From IMG/VR virus record IMGVR_UViG_3300037504_000288: a stretch of 64,000 nucleotides of DNA; one strand, given 5' to 3'. The position numbers and the translations under genes are program-made. The notes beneath the pieces are model-generated. The model saw only the letters and a list, made by a program, of their open reading frames with translations. It was not told where the DNA came from and did no database searches. This DNA comes from a virus. Positions within the stretch are counted from its first letter, which is position 1, and each line of letters begins with the position of its first letter. Below are positions 1-9,984 of the stretch, piece after piece.

Positions 1-3000
1 AGTGGCGTTCATGACAGGCGGCGTGTTGAGAACTGTCGCTACACTGCTGTTCTTCTTAGTAGAGTTACTGTTCGAATCGCTAGCTTGGCAACCTAGTACT
101 AGTTCGTCACTCTTATCATAATAATCGTGTGTTAAAAAACTATCTGTCGAGACGAGCGCGTCATTAACGAACCATTCATAATAATAGTTTAGCGTGTCGT
201 CCTCGTAATCAGTACCGTTGCAATAGCCTTGGACGCTCTCGTTGCTCAATGGTGGCGACGGCTCGAACCACGCGTTATCAACTGAAGGTGGCGTGTTGAG
301 CACTGTCAACGAAGTTTCGTTATACCATAACGAGTAATCATAAGAATCGCTAGCTCTACAACTGCCTGTCAGCACGTCTCCAGCTTCGAACTCGGAGCTT
401 GTTAAACTAGAATTATTATAAGAGTATGAAAAGTCAGATATATTATCAGCGTTTAACTGGTAGACTTTGTCGTCATAACTGCCCACGTACACGTAACCAT
501 CACTGACCGTCGGGGATGACTTAACAACACTTCCTGTAGTGTAGCTGTTGACAAGGCTCATGTCGCTAGCGTTGAGCTGGTAAACTTTGTTATCAACACT
601 ACCCACGTACACGTAACCATTACTGACCGTCGGGGATGACTCAACATTATCTCCTGTAGTATAACTATTAACAAGGCTCATGTCGGTAGCGTTGAGCTGG
701 TAGACTTTGTCATCAGCACAGCCCACGTACACATAACCGCCGCTGACCGTCGGGGATGACCAGACATAACTTCCTGTAGTGTAGCTGTTGACAAGGCTCA
801 TGTCGGTAGCGTTGAGCTGGTAGACTTTGTTATCTTCACTGCCAATGTACACATAACCATCGCTGACCGTCGGGGATGAGTAAACATTATCTCCTGTAGT
901 ATAACTATTAACAAGGCTCATGTCACTAGCGTTTAACTGGTAGACTTTGTCATCCCAACTGCCAACGTACACATAACCGTCACTGACCGTCGGGGATGAG
1001 TAAACATAACTTCCTGTAGTGTAGTTGTTGACAAGGCTCATGTCACTAGCGTTTAGCTGGTAGACTTTGTCATCCTGACTACCCACATACACGTAACCAT
1101 CGCTGACGGTCGGTGATGACCTAACAACACTTCCTGTAGTGTAGCTGTTAACAAAGTTCATGTCGGTAGCGTTTAACTGGTAGACTTTGTCATCATGACT
1201 GCCTACATACACATAACCGTCGCTGACCGTCGGGGATGAAAAAACTAAACTTCCTGTAGTGTAACTATTAACAAAGCTCATGTCACTAGCGTCTAGCTGG
1301 TAGACTTTGTTATCAAAACTGCCCACGTACACGTAACCATTACTGACCGTCGGGGATGATTTAACATAATCTCCTATAGTGTAGCTTATAGGCTCTGAAA
1401 ACTCATCGAGCACTTCATCACCGTTAACGTACCATGCATACTCGTAACCTGTTATAACATCACTATCGTAATCTTCAGCGTTACAAGTCATGTTTACTGT
1501 CGAGTTACCGTAGACTATTGCCGGGTCGAAGCTGATATTGTTAACAATAGGTGGCGTGTTCAGTATTTCCACTATCGTACTGTTTAAAGGGTTAGAATAG
1601 TTGTCGCCGTCGAAAGCTCTGCATTCTAGAGTCACGTTGTCGAAGTGCGAGTAGTAGCTAGTATCTAGCGTCTCGTTATCTGATAAGACACTCGCCTCGT
1701 TAACATACCATGTCTGGTTATAAACTAACTCTTCGGAGTCCGCGTCGTAACCCGTGCAGTTACTAGTTAGCGTCTCGTTACTTTTAGGGCTCGCCGGTAT
1801 TATCTGCGACGACACTATTTCAGGCACCGAGTTGCCAGTGTTGTAAACGCTGCTGTTAACCCAATCGCTGTAATTGTCGCCGTCGAAAGCGCGGCAGCTG
1901 CCTATTATATCGTCGCCTTTCGCAAAATTCGTGCTGTTCAGCTCTTGAGCAGTGCCAGCGCTAGTATTGTTAACGTACCATTCGTACCCGTAGCTTATAA
2001 CGTCCGAGTCGTCGACGTCTACAGCGTCGCACACTATGCTTATATCGTCGGTAGTGTCGAAGCTTCCAGGCGTGACGCTGACGTTATTAACCGCCGGTGG
2101 CGTGTTAAGCACTGTGTAAGAGCCGCTGGTCTCGTACGCTGAGTAATCCTCACCGTCGAAACCCCTGCACTCGAACGTTATATTATCTCCTTTCGCAAAG
2201 CTCGTATAGTTCAGCGAATCGCTAAAGTACGATACTTTATGATTGTAATCTCCTGATAAGAACAAGCTACCATCGTGTTTCGTGTGCATTGTGTAAAGGT
2301 AGGTGGCGTCAACTAGCAAGTAATCACTCACTATGTTAGTAGCCGTTTCTAATTCTTCACCTTCGAAGTTTATAACGTACAGAGTCTCGTTACGCTCCGC
2401 GTCTGGGTATTCCATAGTGGCGAACAAGTACCCTGACACTAATTGCGCGTCCCAGTAGCCGACTTCGCGCTCGACGAGCCGGTCGTCTATAGAATCGTTG
2501 TCCATGCTGAAACTCCCGTTGTTAACGAAAGCGCCTGTTGAAACGTTATACCTTTCAATGACAGTGTTCGAACCATCGTCTTTGAACAAGTACACAGTCT
2601 CACCGTCAACCACCGCGTTGTAATAAACGCCGGTCGTAGTTATAGCGTCGAGTTTCGAGACCATCCCCGCGCCATGCTCGTACAACCCAGCTCTAGAATC
2701 ACCGCTTGTCACGACTATCGTGCCGTCTTCTGCTTTTATCTTTTGCGAATACACGTCGGTGTCGTTATCGAGTTCCGCGACGTTGTTGTAAACAGTTGTT
2801 TGCGAGAGGTTGCCCTCGTCGTTTTCGTAGACTATAATTTTATCATCGCTGGTTATAGTGTACAAGCTGCCGTTGTCATAGTATAATTGCAAGTGTTCAT
2901 GAGCGTCGTTGTAGTCTGTGACTTCGAAGCTCGAGCCGTCATACTCGACAGCTTCCAACCCGCCGCTGTAAGTGATAGCGTACAAGTATTCACCGTCCGA

Positions 3001-6000
3001 ATCCGCGTAGCTATAACCTTCGAAGCTGTCGTCCCTTGCGAACTCCGACTCTACACTCTCGAGCGACTCGTTATATAAGAAAACGTTCATATAACTCTTG
3101 TGAGTGCTGTTGTAATCGAGCCCTGTACCGTACACGTACACCACGTAGTTATCGTATCCTGTCACGTCGTAGCTTGAGAACTCGCCGTTATAATAATGAG
3201 TCTCGTTACTAGGTGATAATTGCTCTAGCTCAACGACAGCGCCGTCGTCGTCAGCCCATCGGTACTCGTAACTCACGCTGTCATTATCATAATCGCTAGC
3301 CGCGCAATGGCCGGTTAGCGTCTCGTTGCTACGCGGCGGCACCGGCTCGTAATAAACCTCGTCGACCACCGGCGCAGTGTTAGAAACGGTCGTGTAATCG
3401 CTATACACCCTGCTGCTGTTCTCAGAACCGTTAGTCGCCACGCACGATATTCTTATATCATCGCCCTTGCTGTAATAACCGCGTGATAACTCGTCATCGT
3501 CCATGCCTAAACCTTGCACTTCTCCGGTCGTCAGCGCCTCGTCGAAGACTGCCACTTCCAAAACCAAACCCTCCGCATAGTCGCTAACCCCGCGCCGGTT
3601 CATCAAGTAAGCGTCGTTAGCATTACTAACACTGCCAGTGACGCTGCTAATATCGACAGTGTCTGTTAACACCCCGTCGTTATACATTCTAAACTCGCCA
3701 GCCGCCCTGTCCACGACCACCGCTAGCTTTTTATAATCGTCAGCCGCCAAGCTACCGCCACTGTTCGAATACACATTGTTCGAGCCGTCCGCTATCCTGA
3801 AGAAGAAATTGCTACCGCTGTCTTTCAAGAGCTGCCACCCTGCACCGTTAAAATCGTCCGGCTTCTTACCGATAATCTCCTGGGTCGAGCCTTCTTTGGT
3901 GAACGCGCCTTTCACGTATACTGTGAAGCTGCCAGTCCCGAAGTTTATAGACTCGTCGTTGTTAATAACTCCGTAATCGTCCACTCCGTCGAACTCTAAA
4001 CCGTCGCTAGCGACCGTCGCGCCCCTGAGCGTCGCGTCGTTAGAGTTAGCGCTATCGTCTGACAGCGTGTTATTAACGCGCACCACGCTGATGTTGGAAA
4101 CTGTGATGTTAACGTAAAAACTGTTATCCGCGTAAATGTTAACCCTGTAGTTGCCAGTGCTCTCCGCCACCAACCTCGCTGTTTTAAAACCTTCGGTCGT
4201 GAAACTTTCAATGTTGGACTGTGTTCCTGCTAGGAAGTTGTCATCGAGCTTGGTATTCACGTAGTTTAAAGTTCCGTCGTTGACAGTCAAGTTGAACGAT
4301 AACAAATACTCCTCGCCAGCAACCACGCTGAGAGTGTTGGTACCGACCGTTCCGTAATCACCACCTCCAGTCCCGGTGTTCACGCCTGTGAACTCCGAAA
4401 CGCCGTCGCTAGTGTAATTCTCGAAACCTATAATGGAACTAGGGTTTGCCAGGTTACTGACTAGGTTGCTAGTGTTATCAAGGATTACGCCGTCGTCGTA
4501 TAATAATCTTAAATCGTCGCTAGTAGTATTATCAACTTCCCAATGGTAACTATACCCGGTCGCCGTCCCGAAAGCGTCGGTGCAATAGCCAGTTGCTGAC
4601 TCGTTACTGTACACCGGCTCGTTAACGAACGCTTCTACCGAGTAGTTGCCAGTCGTAAAACTGTAAGGTCCTTGCATGACGCTCTCAACGCCGTTATCAA
4701 CTCCCACCATCCATTCATACTCGGTGTTTTTTGAAAGACCCTGCCACTCGTAAGTGCTCGTTTCAGAATGAGCAACGCCGCTGTTAGCTTGTAACAAAGC
4801 CACGTCACCGACCGTTGACATCTCGAAAGCTGAAACTCCACCAATATACCCGTAGTAGAACCTTGGTATCCCTTCGATAATCACGTAGTTGCCGTTCAAA
4901 TAAGAGTCTTCTAAAGAGTCAAAACTCATGTTCTGAACGACCGTGCTGTTAGAATCCCAGCCGCTACCGTTCCACGAGTAACCGTTTACAACATCGGAGG
5001 TTCTTTTAACAGTTATTAATTGTAACTCTCCGTTCTCGTCAGTGAACGCTTCAGGAACTCCGTCGCGCGGCCAGCCGCTAGCGAGCCCTGAAACTATAGT
5101 ATTGTTAGACTCCCAAGCGCTACTGTCCTCGTTATACTTGAACCCTACAGGTCCGCGGTCGTCGTGAATCAGGTACATTTCCGAGTCCAGCTCGAAAACG
5201 TCGAACTCCCACTGAGTGCCTGGGTCGAACCCGTTGTAATCGGTAGTCGACTCGAAAGCGCCGCTTGAATAGTTGAACTTGAACACACTATCGTTATCAC
5301 CGTCCGACACGAATAAGTACTCTTCATCGTTAAACCTTTGGAACTCGACGTGGTAAAAAAAGTCAGTGTTTGGCATAGTAATCCCTGAGGTTATCGGCTC
5401 GTGAAGACTCCACGCGCCATTCACAATTTTATAACTTGTAAAAGTCTCGGATGTAGAATTTATAACCGTCGCGTACCAGTTGTCATCATCAAGCTGGTAC
5501 ACTGCGACACTCATACCATCGCTACTGCCGGTAGAAATACCGTCTACTAACGAGTCGTTATACAACCAGTCATCACCTATATCGAGTGTGTAGTTGTAAA
5601 AGCTGACCGTCGCGTCGCCACCCTCGTCGTTGTAAACGGTCACGTTCAGCATCGGACTATCTGTATCGACAACGCTTGAGTCGCCAGGGTTGTTAACTAT
5701 CAGTAACAATTCCGACACTTGCACAGCGCTGCTGTTAAGCCAATCGCTGTAATCGTCGCCGTCGTACCCGCGGCACGATACTAAGTACTCTGACCCGAGG
5801 CTAGTGTTATCAGCTGATAACACCGAGCCGTTCGCGTAATAGACGCCATCATGGTACCACTCGTACTCGTAAAGTACTACGTCGTCGTCATAATCGCTAG
5901 CGTTACAATCGGCGACTAGCTCGTCATCGAGTCCCGGCTCGGAAGGCGTCACGTCCGCCTCTTCCATGAACGGCGGCGTGTTGAGAATCGTGACTTCAAA

Positions 6001-9000
6001 AGTCTCGTTATACGAGTATTGCTCGCCGTCGTTAGCCTGGCAAGCGAACGTTACGTTATCATCTTTTGAATAATCGGTAGTCGTAAGGTTTTGAGTGGTC
6101 GCCACAACCGCGTCGTTAACACTCCACCAATAATCGTAATAGACAGCGTCTCCGTCGTCATCGACAGCGTCGCAAACCCCTGTCAGGTTCTGACTGCTCA
6201 ACGGGCTCTCAGGGGTTATGCTGATGTTCTCTATGAACGGCGGTACATCAAACGCTACATAATTTAACACGGCAGTATTAGTGTTACTCGACACGAACAG
6301 CTCACCGTAATAAGTATTATTTATATCAACATAATCCATGAAGTTTGTTTCTTCGTTGAAAGTTGTCATTCTATTAAGATTAAAATTCTTATCGAACAAA
6401 TAATCTTGAAGTTTCGAGTTGGAATTATTAAACAAGACTACCGAGAAATAATTATCTGATATTGCCTTCATATCAATAATTTCTAAAGTGTTATTCAATA
6501 AAGAACTGCTCGCTGAACAGTCTGTTCCGTTTATGGAGCAATTTATAAATTTAATATTATCAGTATTGGCTGTACCAGGGTCGTTATCGAGATATATAGT
6601 AACTACATTATCACCTAATCGTGTAGTTCTAGTCTGTTGTAATTGTGTTGCTGGACTACTAAATGTTTCGAAATTAACAACGTTACAGTCGCTCAACGAA
6701 CTATCGTTATACTCGCAATTGAACTGGTGAAATCCATAATCACCATCACTCATCACGAAATTAAACCTATTATCGCCTATGAAAATAACATCCGTGTCGG
6801 CTCTTCCTTGTTTATTTGTCACAAGACTGACACCGTTAATAGTGGAATTTGAGTAATAACTTGAAAACTCGTTATCAAATATTTTTATACCAGGGTCAAC
6901 CTCTCCAGATGATGTATGATGTGCAAACTGATAATCATCGTTCAAATATCCGACTTCAATGTAATTTTTACTACGCCCCTCAACAAATATCTCAACAATG
7001 TTACAGTTTGTTAAATCATTATCGCACGTTGTTGCTTGTACGTCATTGAAACTATCACCCCTGAAAAAAGTAACATGTGTAGCATTATTATATGTCATAT
7101 CCAATAAATTATCTAAATCAGAAACGGAATCATATAATAACACTTCTGAAGAACACGAACTCAAATCAGTAGTACACTCCTTACCGTAATAATCATGAGT
7201 TCCGTCTTCATCAACAATATATACAATCGATAGATTACCTCCACCATTCTTAACACCGTATACACTTACCATCGATGAATTATTAGAAATAAGTGTGTAC
7301 TGCTCATCTAACGTGAACTCCCTGACCTCGCTGGTCGTGGTGTTAACACCGTCAGTAACTTCAGCGTACCATGAGTAATTATGCCCGTCATCGAACCCGG
7401 TCCAGTCGTAACTCACTGTGGTGCCGTTAGCGACGTTTGTTTCGTTATGTAACAATTCTGAAGGATTTTTTGAAATATTATCAGCGTTTAACTGGTAGAC
7501 TTTGTCGTCATAACTGCCCACGTACACGTAACCATCACTGACCGTCGGGGATGACTTAACAACACTTCCTGTAGTGTAGCTGTTGACAAGGCTCATGTCG
7601 GTAGCGTCTAGCTGGTAGACTTTGTTATCAAAACTGCCCACGTACACGTAACCGCCGCTGACCGTCGGGGATGACTCAACATTATCTCCTGTAGTGTAAC
7701 TATTAACAAGGCTCATGTCGGTAGCGTTTAACTGGTAGACTTTGTCATCAGCACAGCCCACGTACACATAACCGCCGCTGACCGTCGGGGATGACCAGAC
7801 ATAACTTCCTGTAGTGTAATTGTTGACAAGGCTCATGTCGGTAGCGTTGAGCTGGTAGACTTTGTTATCTTCACTGCCAATATACACATAACCGTCGCTG
7901 ACCATCGGGGATGAGTAAACATTACCTCCTGTAGTGTAGCTGTTGATAAAGCTCATGTCGGTAGCGTTTAATTGGTAGACTTTATTATCATAACTGCCAA
8001 CGTACACATAACCGTCGCTGACCGTCGGGGATGAGTAAACATAACTTCCTGTAGTGTAGCTGTTGACAAGGCTCATGTCACTAGCGTTTAGCTGGTAGAC
8101 TTTGTTATCTTCACTACCCACATACACGTAACCATCGCTGACGGTCGGTGATGACCTAACAACACTTCCTGTAGTGTAGCTGTTAACAAAGCTCATGTCA
8201 CTAGCGTTTAGCTGGTAGACTTTGTCATCATGACTGCCTACATACACATAACCGTCGCTGACCGTCGGGGATGAAAAAACTAAACTTCCTGTAGTGTAGC
8301 TGTTAACAAAGCTCATGTCACTAGCGTCTAGCTGGTAGACTTTGTTATCAAAACTGCCCACGTACACGTAACCATTACTGACCGTCGGGGATGATTTAAC
8401 ATAATCTCCTATAGTGTAGCTTCTATTCTCAGGAGTTCCACTATAGAAGCTAACGTTCATTGAATCAAGGTCAGCGTCAGTGACGGTCGCTGACAACTGC
8501 ACGTAATCCAGGTACGTGGTGTAATTGTCAGGCGGTGATAAACTCTCGATGACCGGCGGTTCTTGAGATTGCACCTCGAACGATTGGATTTCTGTTTCGG
8601 TGGTAGATGTTTGGTCACTTACCTCGGCGGACCATGAATAAGTTGTATCATTCGACAACCCGGTCCAGTCGTAAGTCACTGTGGTGCCGTTAGCGACGTT
8701 TGTTTCGTTATGTAACAATTCTGAAGGATTTTTTGAAATATTATTAGCGTTTAACTGGTAGACTTTATCATCAAAACTGCCAACGTACACATAACCGTTA
8801 CTAACGGTCGGGGATGACCAAACATCAAGTCCTGTTGTGTAGCTGTTGACAAAGCTCATGTCACTAGCGTTGAGCTGGTAGACTTTTTCATCCCAACTGC
8901 CCACGTACACGTAACCGTCGCTGACCGTCGCTGATGAAAGAACATTATCTCCTGTAGTATAATTATTAACAAGGCTCATGTCAGTAGCATTTAACTGGTA

Positions 9001-9900
9001 GACTTTGTCATCCTGACTGCCCACGTACACGTAACCGCCGCTGACCGTCGGGGATGACCAAACATCACTTCCTGTAGTGTAGTTGTTAACAAGGCTCATG
9101 TCACTAGCGTTGAGCTGGTAGACTTTGTCATCATTACTACCAACGTACACATAACCATCGCTGACGGTCGGGGATGACCTAACATAACTTCCTGTAGTAT
9201 AACTATTAACAAAACTCATGTCGCTAGCGTTTAACTGGTAGACTTTGTTATCATAACTGCCAACGTACACGTAACCGCCGCTGACCGTCGGGGATGACCT
9301 AACATCATCTCCTGTAGTGTAGCTGTTGACAATGCTCATGTTACTAGCGTTGAGCTGGTAGACTTTGTCATCATGACTGCCAACGTACACGTAACCGTCG
9401 CTGACCGTCGGGGATGACTTAACATCATCTCCTGTAGTGTAACTATTAACAAAGCTCATGTCGGTAGCGTTTAACTGGTAGACTTTGTCATCATAACTGC
9501 CAACGTACACATAACCGTCGCTGACCGTCGGGGATGACCTAACATCATCTCCTGTAGTGTAGCTGTTGACAAGGCTCATGTCACTAGAGTTGAGCTGGTA
9601 GATTTTGTCATCCAAACTGCCCACGTACACGTAACCATTACTGACCGTCGGTGATGACTCAACACCACTTCCTGTAGTGTAGCTTCTAATCTCAGGAGTT
9701 CTACTATAGAAGCTAACGTTCATTGAATCAAGGTCAGCGTCAGTGACGGTCGCTGACAACTGCACGTAATCCAGGTACGTGGTGTAATTATCAGGCGGTG
9801 ATAAACTCTCGATGACAGGCGACGCAGCTATTACTACATCAACTACAGTGAATAATGATAGAATTATTATAAAAATGAGTAATATTAATCGCTTGTTCAC
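1..9900 (-). CDS. giant secreted surface/adhesin-like protein (partial: >3,290 aa in window, C-terminus lies beyond window start); Ig-like modules + three 8-bladed PQQ-type beta-propellers
   Basis: Minus-strand frame opens after an in-frame TAG (9946-9948) with GTG at 9900 and is free of stops down to position 1; the ORF track lists no minus-strand M..stop ORF >71 aa in 1..9900, which is only possible if this frame has no stop inside the window. Translation: signal peptide VNKRLILLIFIIILSLFTVVDVVIAASP; repeated ~70-aa modules (TPPxV...C.A.DxDGD.V.Y.Y.WY.N / C.A.DGD.YS.W.NSS); three arrays of eight ~40-aa repeats SSPTVSDGYVYVGSxDDKVYQLNAxDMSxVNSYTTG (PQQ-like propeller blades). I hand-translated ~8470->5740 contiguously without stops. 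Confidence 0.7.
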   Translation of the reverse strand, partial: MNKRLILLIFIIILSLFTVVDVVIAASPVIESLSPPDNYTTYLDYVQLSATVTDADLDSMNVSFYSRTPEIRSYTTGSGVESSPTVSNGYVYVGSLDDKIYQLNSSDMSLVNSYTTGDDVRSSPTVSDGYVYVGSYDDKVYQLNATDMSFVNSYTTGDDVKSSPTVSDGYVYVGSHDDKVYQLNASNMSIVNSYTTGDDVRSSPTVSGGYVYVGSYDNKVYQLNASDMSFVNSYTTGSYVRSSPTVSDGYVYVGSNDDKVYQLNASDMSLVNNYTTGSDVWSSPTVSGGYVYVGSQDDKVYQLNATDMSLVNNYTTGDNVLSSATVSDGYVYVGSWDEKVYQLNASDMSFVNSYTTGLDVWSSPTVSNGYVYVGSFDDKVYQLNANNISKNPSELLHNETNVANGTTVTYDWTGLSNDTTYSWSAEVSDQTSTTETEIQSFEVQSQEPPVIESLSPPDNYTTYLDYVQLSATVTDADLDSMNVSFYSGTPENRSYTIGDYVKSSPTVSNGYVYVGSFDNKVYQLDASDMSFVNSYTTGSLVFSSPTVSDGYVYVGSHDDKVYQLNASDMSFVNSYTTGSVVRSSPTVSDGYVYVGSEDNKVYQLNASDMSLVNSYTTGSYVYSSPTVSDGYVYVGSYDNKVYQLNATDMSFINSYTTGGNVYSSPMVSDGYVYIGSEDNKVYQLNATDMSLVNNYTTGSYVWSSPTVSGGYVYVGCADDKVYQLNATDMSLVNSYTTGDNVESSPTVSGGYVYVGSFDNKVYQLDATDMSLVNSYTTGSVVKSSPTVSDGYVYVGSYDDKVYQLNADNISKNPSELLHNETNVANGTTVSYDWTGFDDGHNYSWYAEVTDGVNTTTSEVREFTLDEQYTLISNNSSMVSVYGVKNGGGNLSIVYIVDEDGTHDYYGKECTTDLSSCSSEVLLYDSVSDLDNLLDMTYNNATHVTFFRGDSFNDVQATTCDNDLTNCNIVEIFVEGRSKNYIEVGYLNDDYQFAHHTSSGEVDPGIKIFDNEFSSYYSNSTINGVSLVTNKQGRADTDVIFIGDNRFNFVMSDGDYGFHQFNCEYNDSSLSDCNVVNFETFSSPATQLQQTRTTRLGDNVVTIYLDNDPGTANTDNIKFINCSINGTDCSASSSLLNNTLEIIDMKAISDNYFSVVLFNNSNSKLQDYLFDKNFNLNRMTTFNEETNFMDYVDINNTYYGELFVSSNTNTAVLNYVAFDVPPFIENISITPESPLSSQNLTGVCDAVDDDGDAVYYDYWWSVNDAVVATTQNLTTTDYSKDDNVTFACQANDGEQYSYNETFEVTILNTPPFMEEADVTPSEPGLDDELVADCNASDYDDDVVLYEYEWYHDGVYYANGSVLSADNTSLGSEYLVSCRGYDGDDYSDWLNSSAVQVSELLLIVNNPGDSSVVDTDSPMLNVTVYNDEGGDATVSFYNYTLDIGDDWLYNDSLVDGISTGSSDGMSVAVYQLDDDNWYATVINSTSETFTSYKIVNGAWSLHEPITSGITMPNTDFFYHVEFQRFNDEEYLFVSDGDNDSVFKFNYSSGAFESTTDYNGFDPGTQWEFDVFELDSEMYLIHDDRGPVGFKYNEDSSAWESNNTIVSGLASGWPRDGVPEAFTDENGELQLITVKRTSDVVNGYSWNGSGWDSNSTVVQNMSFDSLEDSYLNGNYVIIEGIPRFYYGYIGGVSAFEMSTVGDVALLQANSGVAHSETSTYEWQGLSKNTEYEWMVGVDNGVESVMQGPYSFTTGNYSVEAFVNEPVYSNESATGYCTDAFGTATGYSYHWEVDNTTSDDLRLLYDDGVILDNTSNLVSNLANPSSIIGFENYTSDGVSEFTGVNTGTGGGDYGTVGTNTLSVVAGEEYLLSFNLTVNDGTLNYVNTKLDDNFLAGTQSNIESFTTEGFKTARLVAESTGNYRVNIYADNSFYVNITVSNISVVRVNNTLSDDSANSNDATLRGATVASDGLEFDGVDDYGVINNDESINFGTGSFTVYVKGAFTKEGSTQEIIGKKPDDFNGAGWQLLKDSGSNFFFRIADGSNNVYSNSGGSLAADDYKKLAVVVDRAAGEFRMYNDGVLTDTVDISSVTGSVSNANDAYLMNRRGVSDYAEGLVLEVAVFDEALTTGEVQGLGMDDDELSRGYYSKGDDIRISCVATNGSENSSRVYSDYTTVSNTAPVVDEVYYEPVPPRSNETLTGHCAASDYDNDSVSYEYRWADDDGAVVELEQLSPSNETHYYNGEFSSYDVTGYDNYVVYVYGTGLDYNSTHKSYMNVFLYNESLESVESEFARDDSFEGYSYADSDGEYLYAITYSGGLEAVEYDGSSFEVTDYNDAHEHLQLYYDNGSLYTITSDDKIIVYENDEGNLSQTTVYNNVAELDNDTDVYSQKIKAEDGTIVVTSGDSRAGLYEHGAGMVSKLDAITTTGVYYNAVVDGETVYLFKDDGSNTVIERYNVSTGAFVNNGSFSMDNDSIDDRLVEREVGYWDAQLVSGYLFATMEYPDAERNETLYVINFEGEELETATNIVSDYLLVDATYLYTMHTKHDGSLFLSGDYNHKVSYFSDSLNYTSFAKGDNITFECRGFDGEDYSAYETSGSYTVLNTPPAVNNVSVTPGSFDTTDDISIVCDAVDVDDSDVISYGYEWYVNNTSAGTAQELNSTNFAKGDDIIGSCRAFDGDNYSDWVNSSVYNTGNSVPEIVSSQIIPASPKSNETLTSNCTGYDADSEELVYNQTWYVNEASVLSDNETLDTSYYSHFDNVTLECRAFDGDNYSNPLNSTIVEILNTPPIVNNISFDPAIVYGNSTVNMTCNAEDYDSDVITGYEYAWYVNGDEVLDEFSEPISYTIGDYVKSSPTVSNGYVYVGSFDNKVYQLDASDMSFVNSYTTGSLVFSSPTVSDGYVYVGSHDDKVYQLNATDMNFVNSYTTGSVVRSSPTVSDGYVYVGSQDDKVYQLNASDMSLVNNYTTGSYVYSSPTVSDGYVYVGSWDDKVYQLNASDMSLVNSYTTGDNVYSSPTVSDGYVYIGSEDNKVYQLNATDMSLVNSYTTGSYVWSSPTVSGGYVYVGCADDKVYQLNATDMSLVNSYTTGDNVESSPTVSNGYVYVGSVDNKVYQLNASDMSLVNSYTTGSVVKSSPTVSDGYVYVGSYDDKVYQLNADNISDFSYSYNNSSLTSSEFEAGDVLTGSCRASDSYDYSLWYNETSLTVLNTPPSVDNAWFEPSPPLSNESVQGYCNGTDYEDDTLNYYYEWFVNDALVSTDSFLTHDYYDKSDELVLGCQASDSNSNSTKKNSSVATVLNTPPVMNAT
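450..1410 (-). repeat. array of eight 120-bp in-frame tandem repeats (beta-propeller blades); ~93-95% nt-identical to 7480..8440
   Basis: Direct reading: unit ...agcgtt(g/t)a(g/a)ctggtagactttgt(c/t)atc...acgtacac(g/a)taacc...gaccgtcggggatga...cctgtagtgtagctgttgacaaggctcatgtc repeated every 120 bp. Confidence 0.9.
7480..8440 (-). repeat. second array of eight 120-bp tandem repeats; near-identical copy of 450..1410
   Basis: Line-by-line comparison of 7501-7900 with 481-880 shows only scattered substitutions. Confidence 0.9.
8740..9700 (-). repeat. third, more divergent array of eight 120-bp repeats (N-proximal propeller)
   Basis: Same 120-bp periodicity and conserved core gaccgtcggggatga / ctggtagactttgtcatc. 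Confidence 0.85.
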
Positions 9901-9960
9901 AATGTACCACCGGGTCTTCGTAATCGAATAATAACTATACGTATTCTAAAGACACTACTC

Positions 9961-9984
9961 ATTTATATATATATTTATTTTTTT
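9961..9984 (-). promoter_or_regulatory. class-2 promoter (A-run + (TA)n + AAAT(G/A)AG) for the giant gene
   Basis: Minus-strand reads AAAAAAAATAAATATATATATAAATGAG ~60-85 nt upstream of GTG 9900; same motif at 13101..13122, 18574..18599 and (plus strand) 35276..35299. Confidence 0.5.

Noticed and set aside
450-9700. 120-bp tandem repeats and the CTGCCAAG cluster considered as CRISPR arrays
   Set aside because: The 120-bp units are contiguous with no spacers and lie in an open reading frame (propeller blades). The CTGCCAAG copies are 8-9 bp, irregularly spaced and in both orientations. No cas genes are present.
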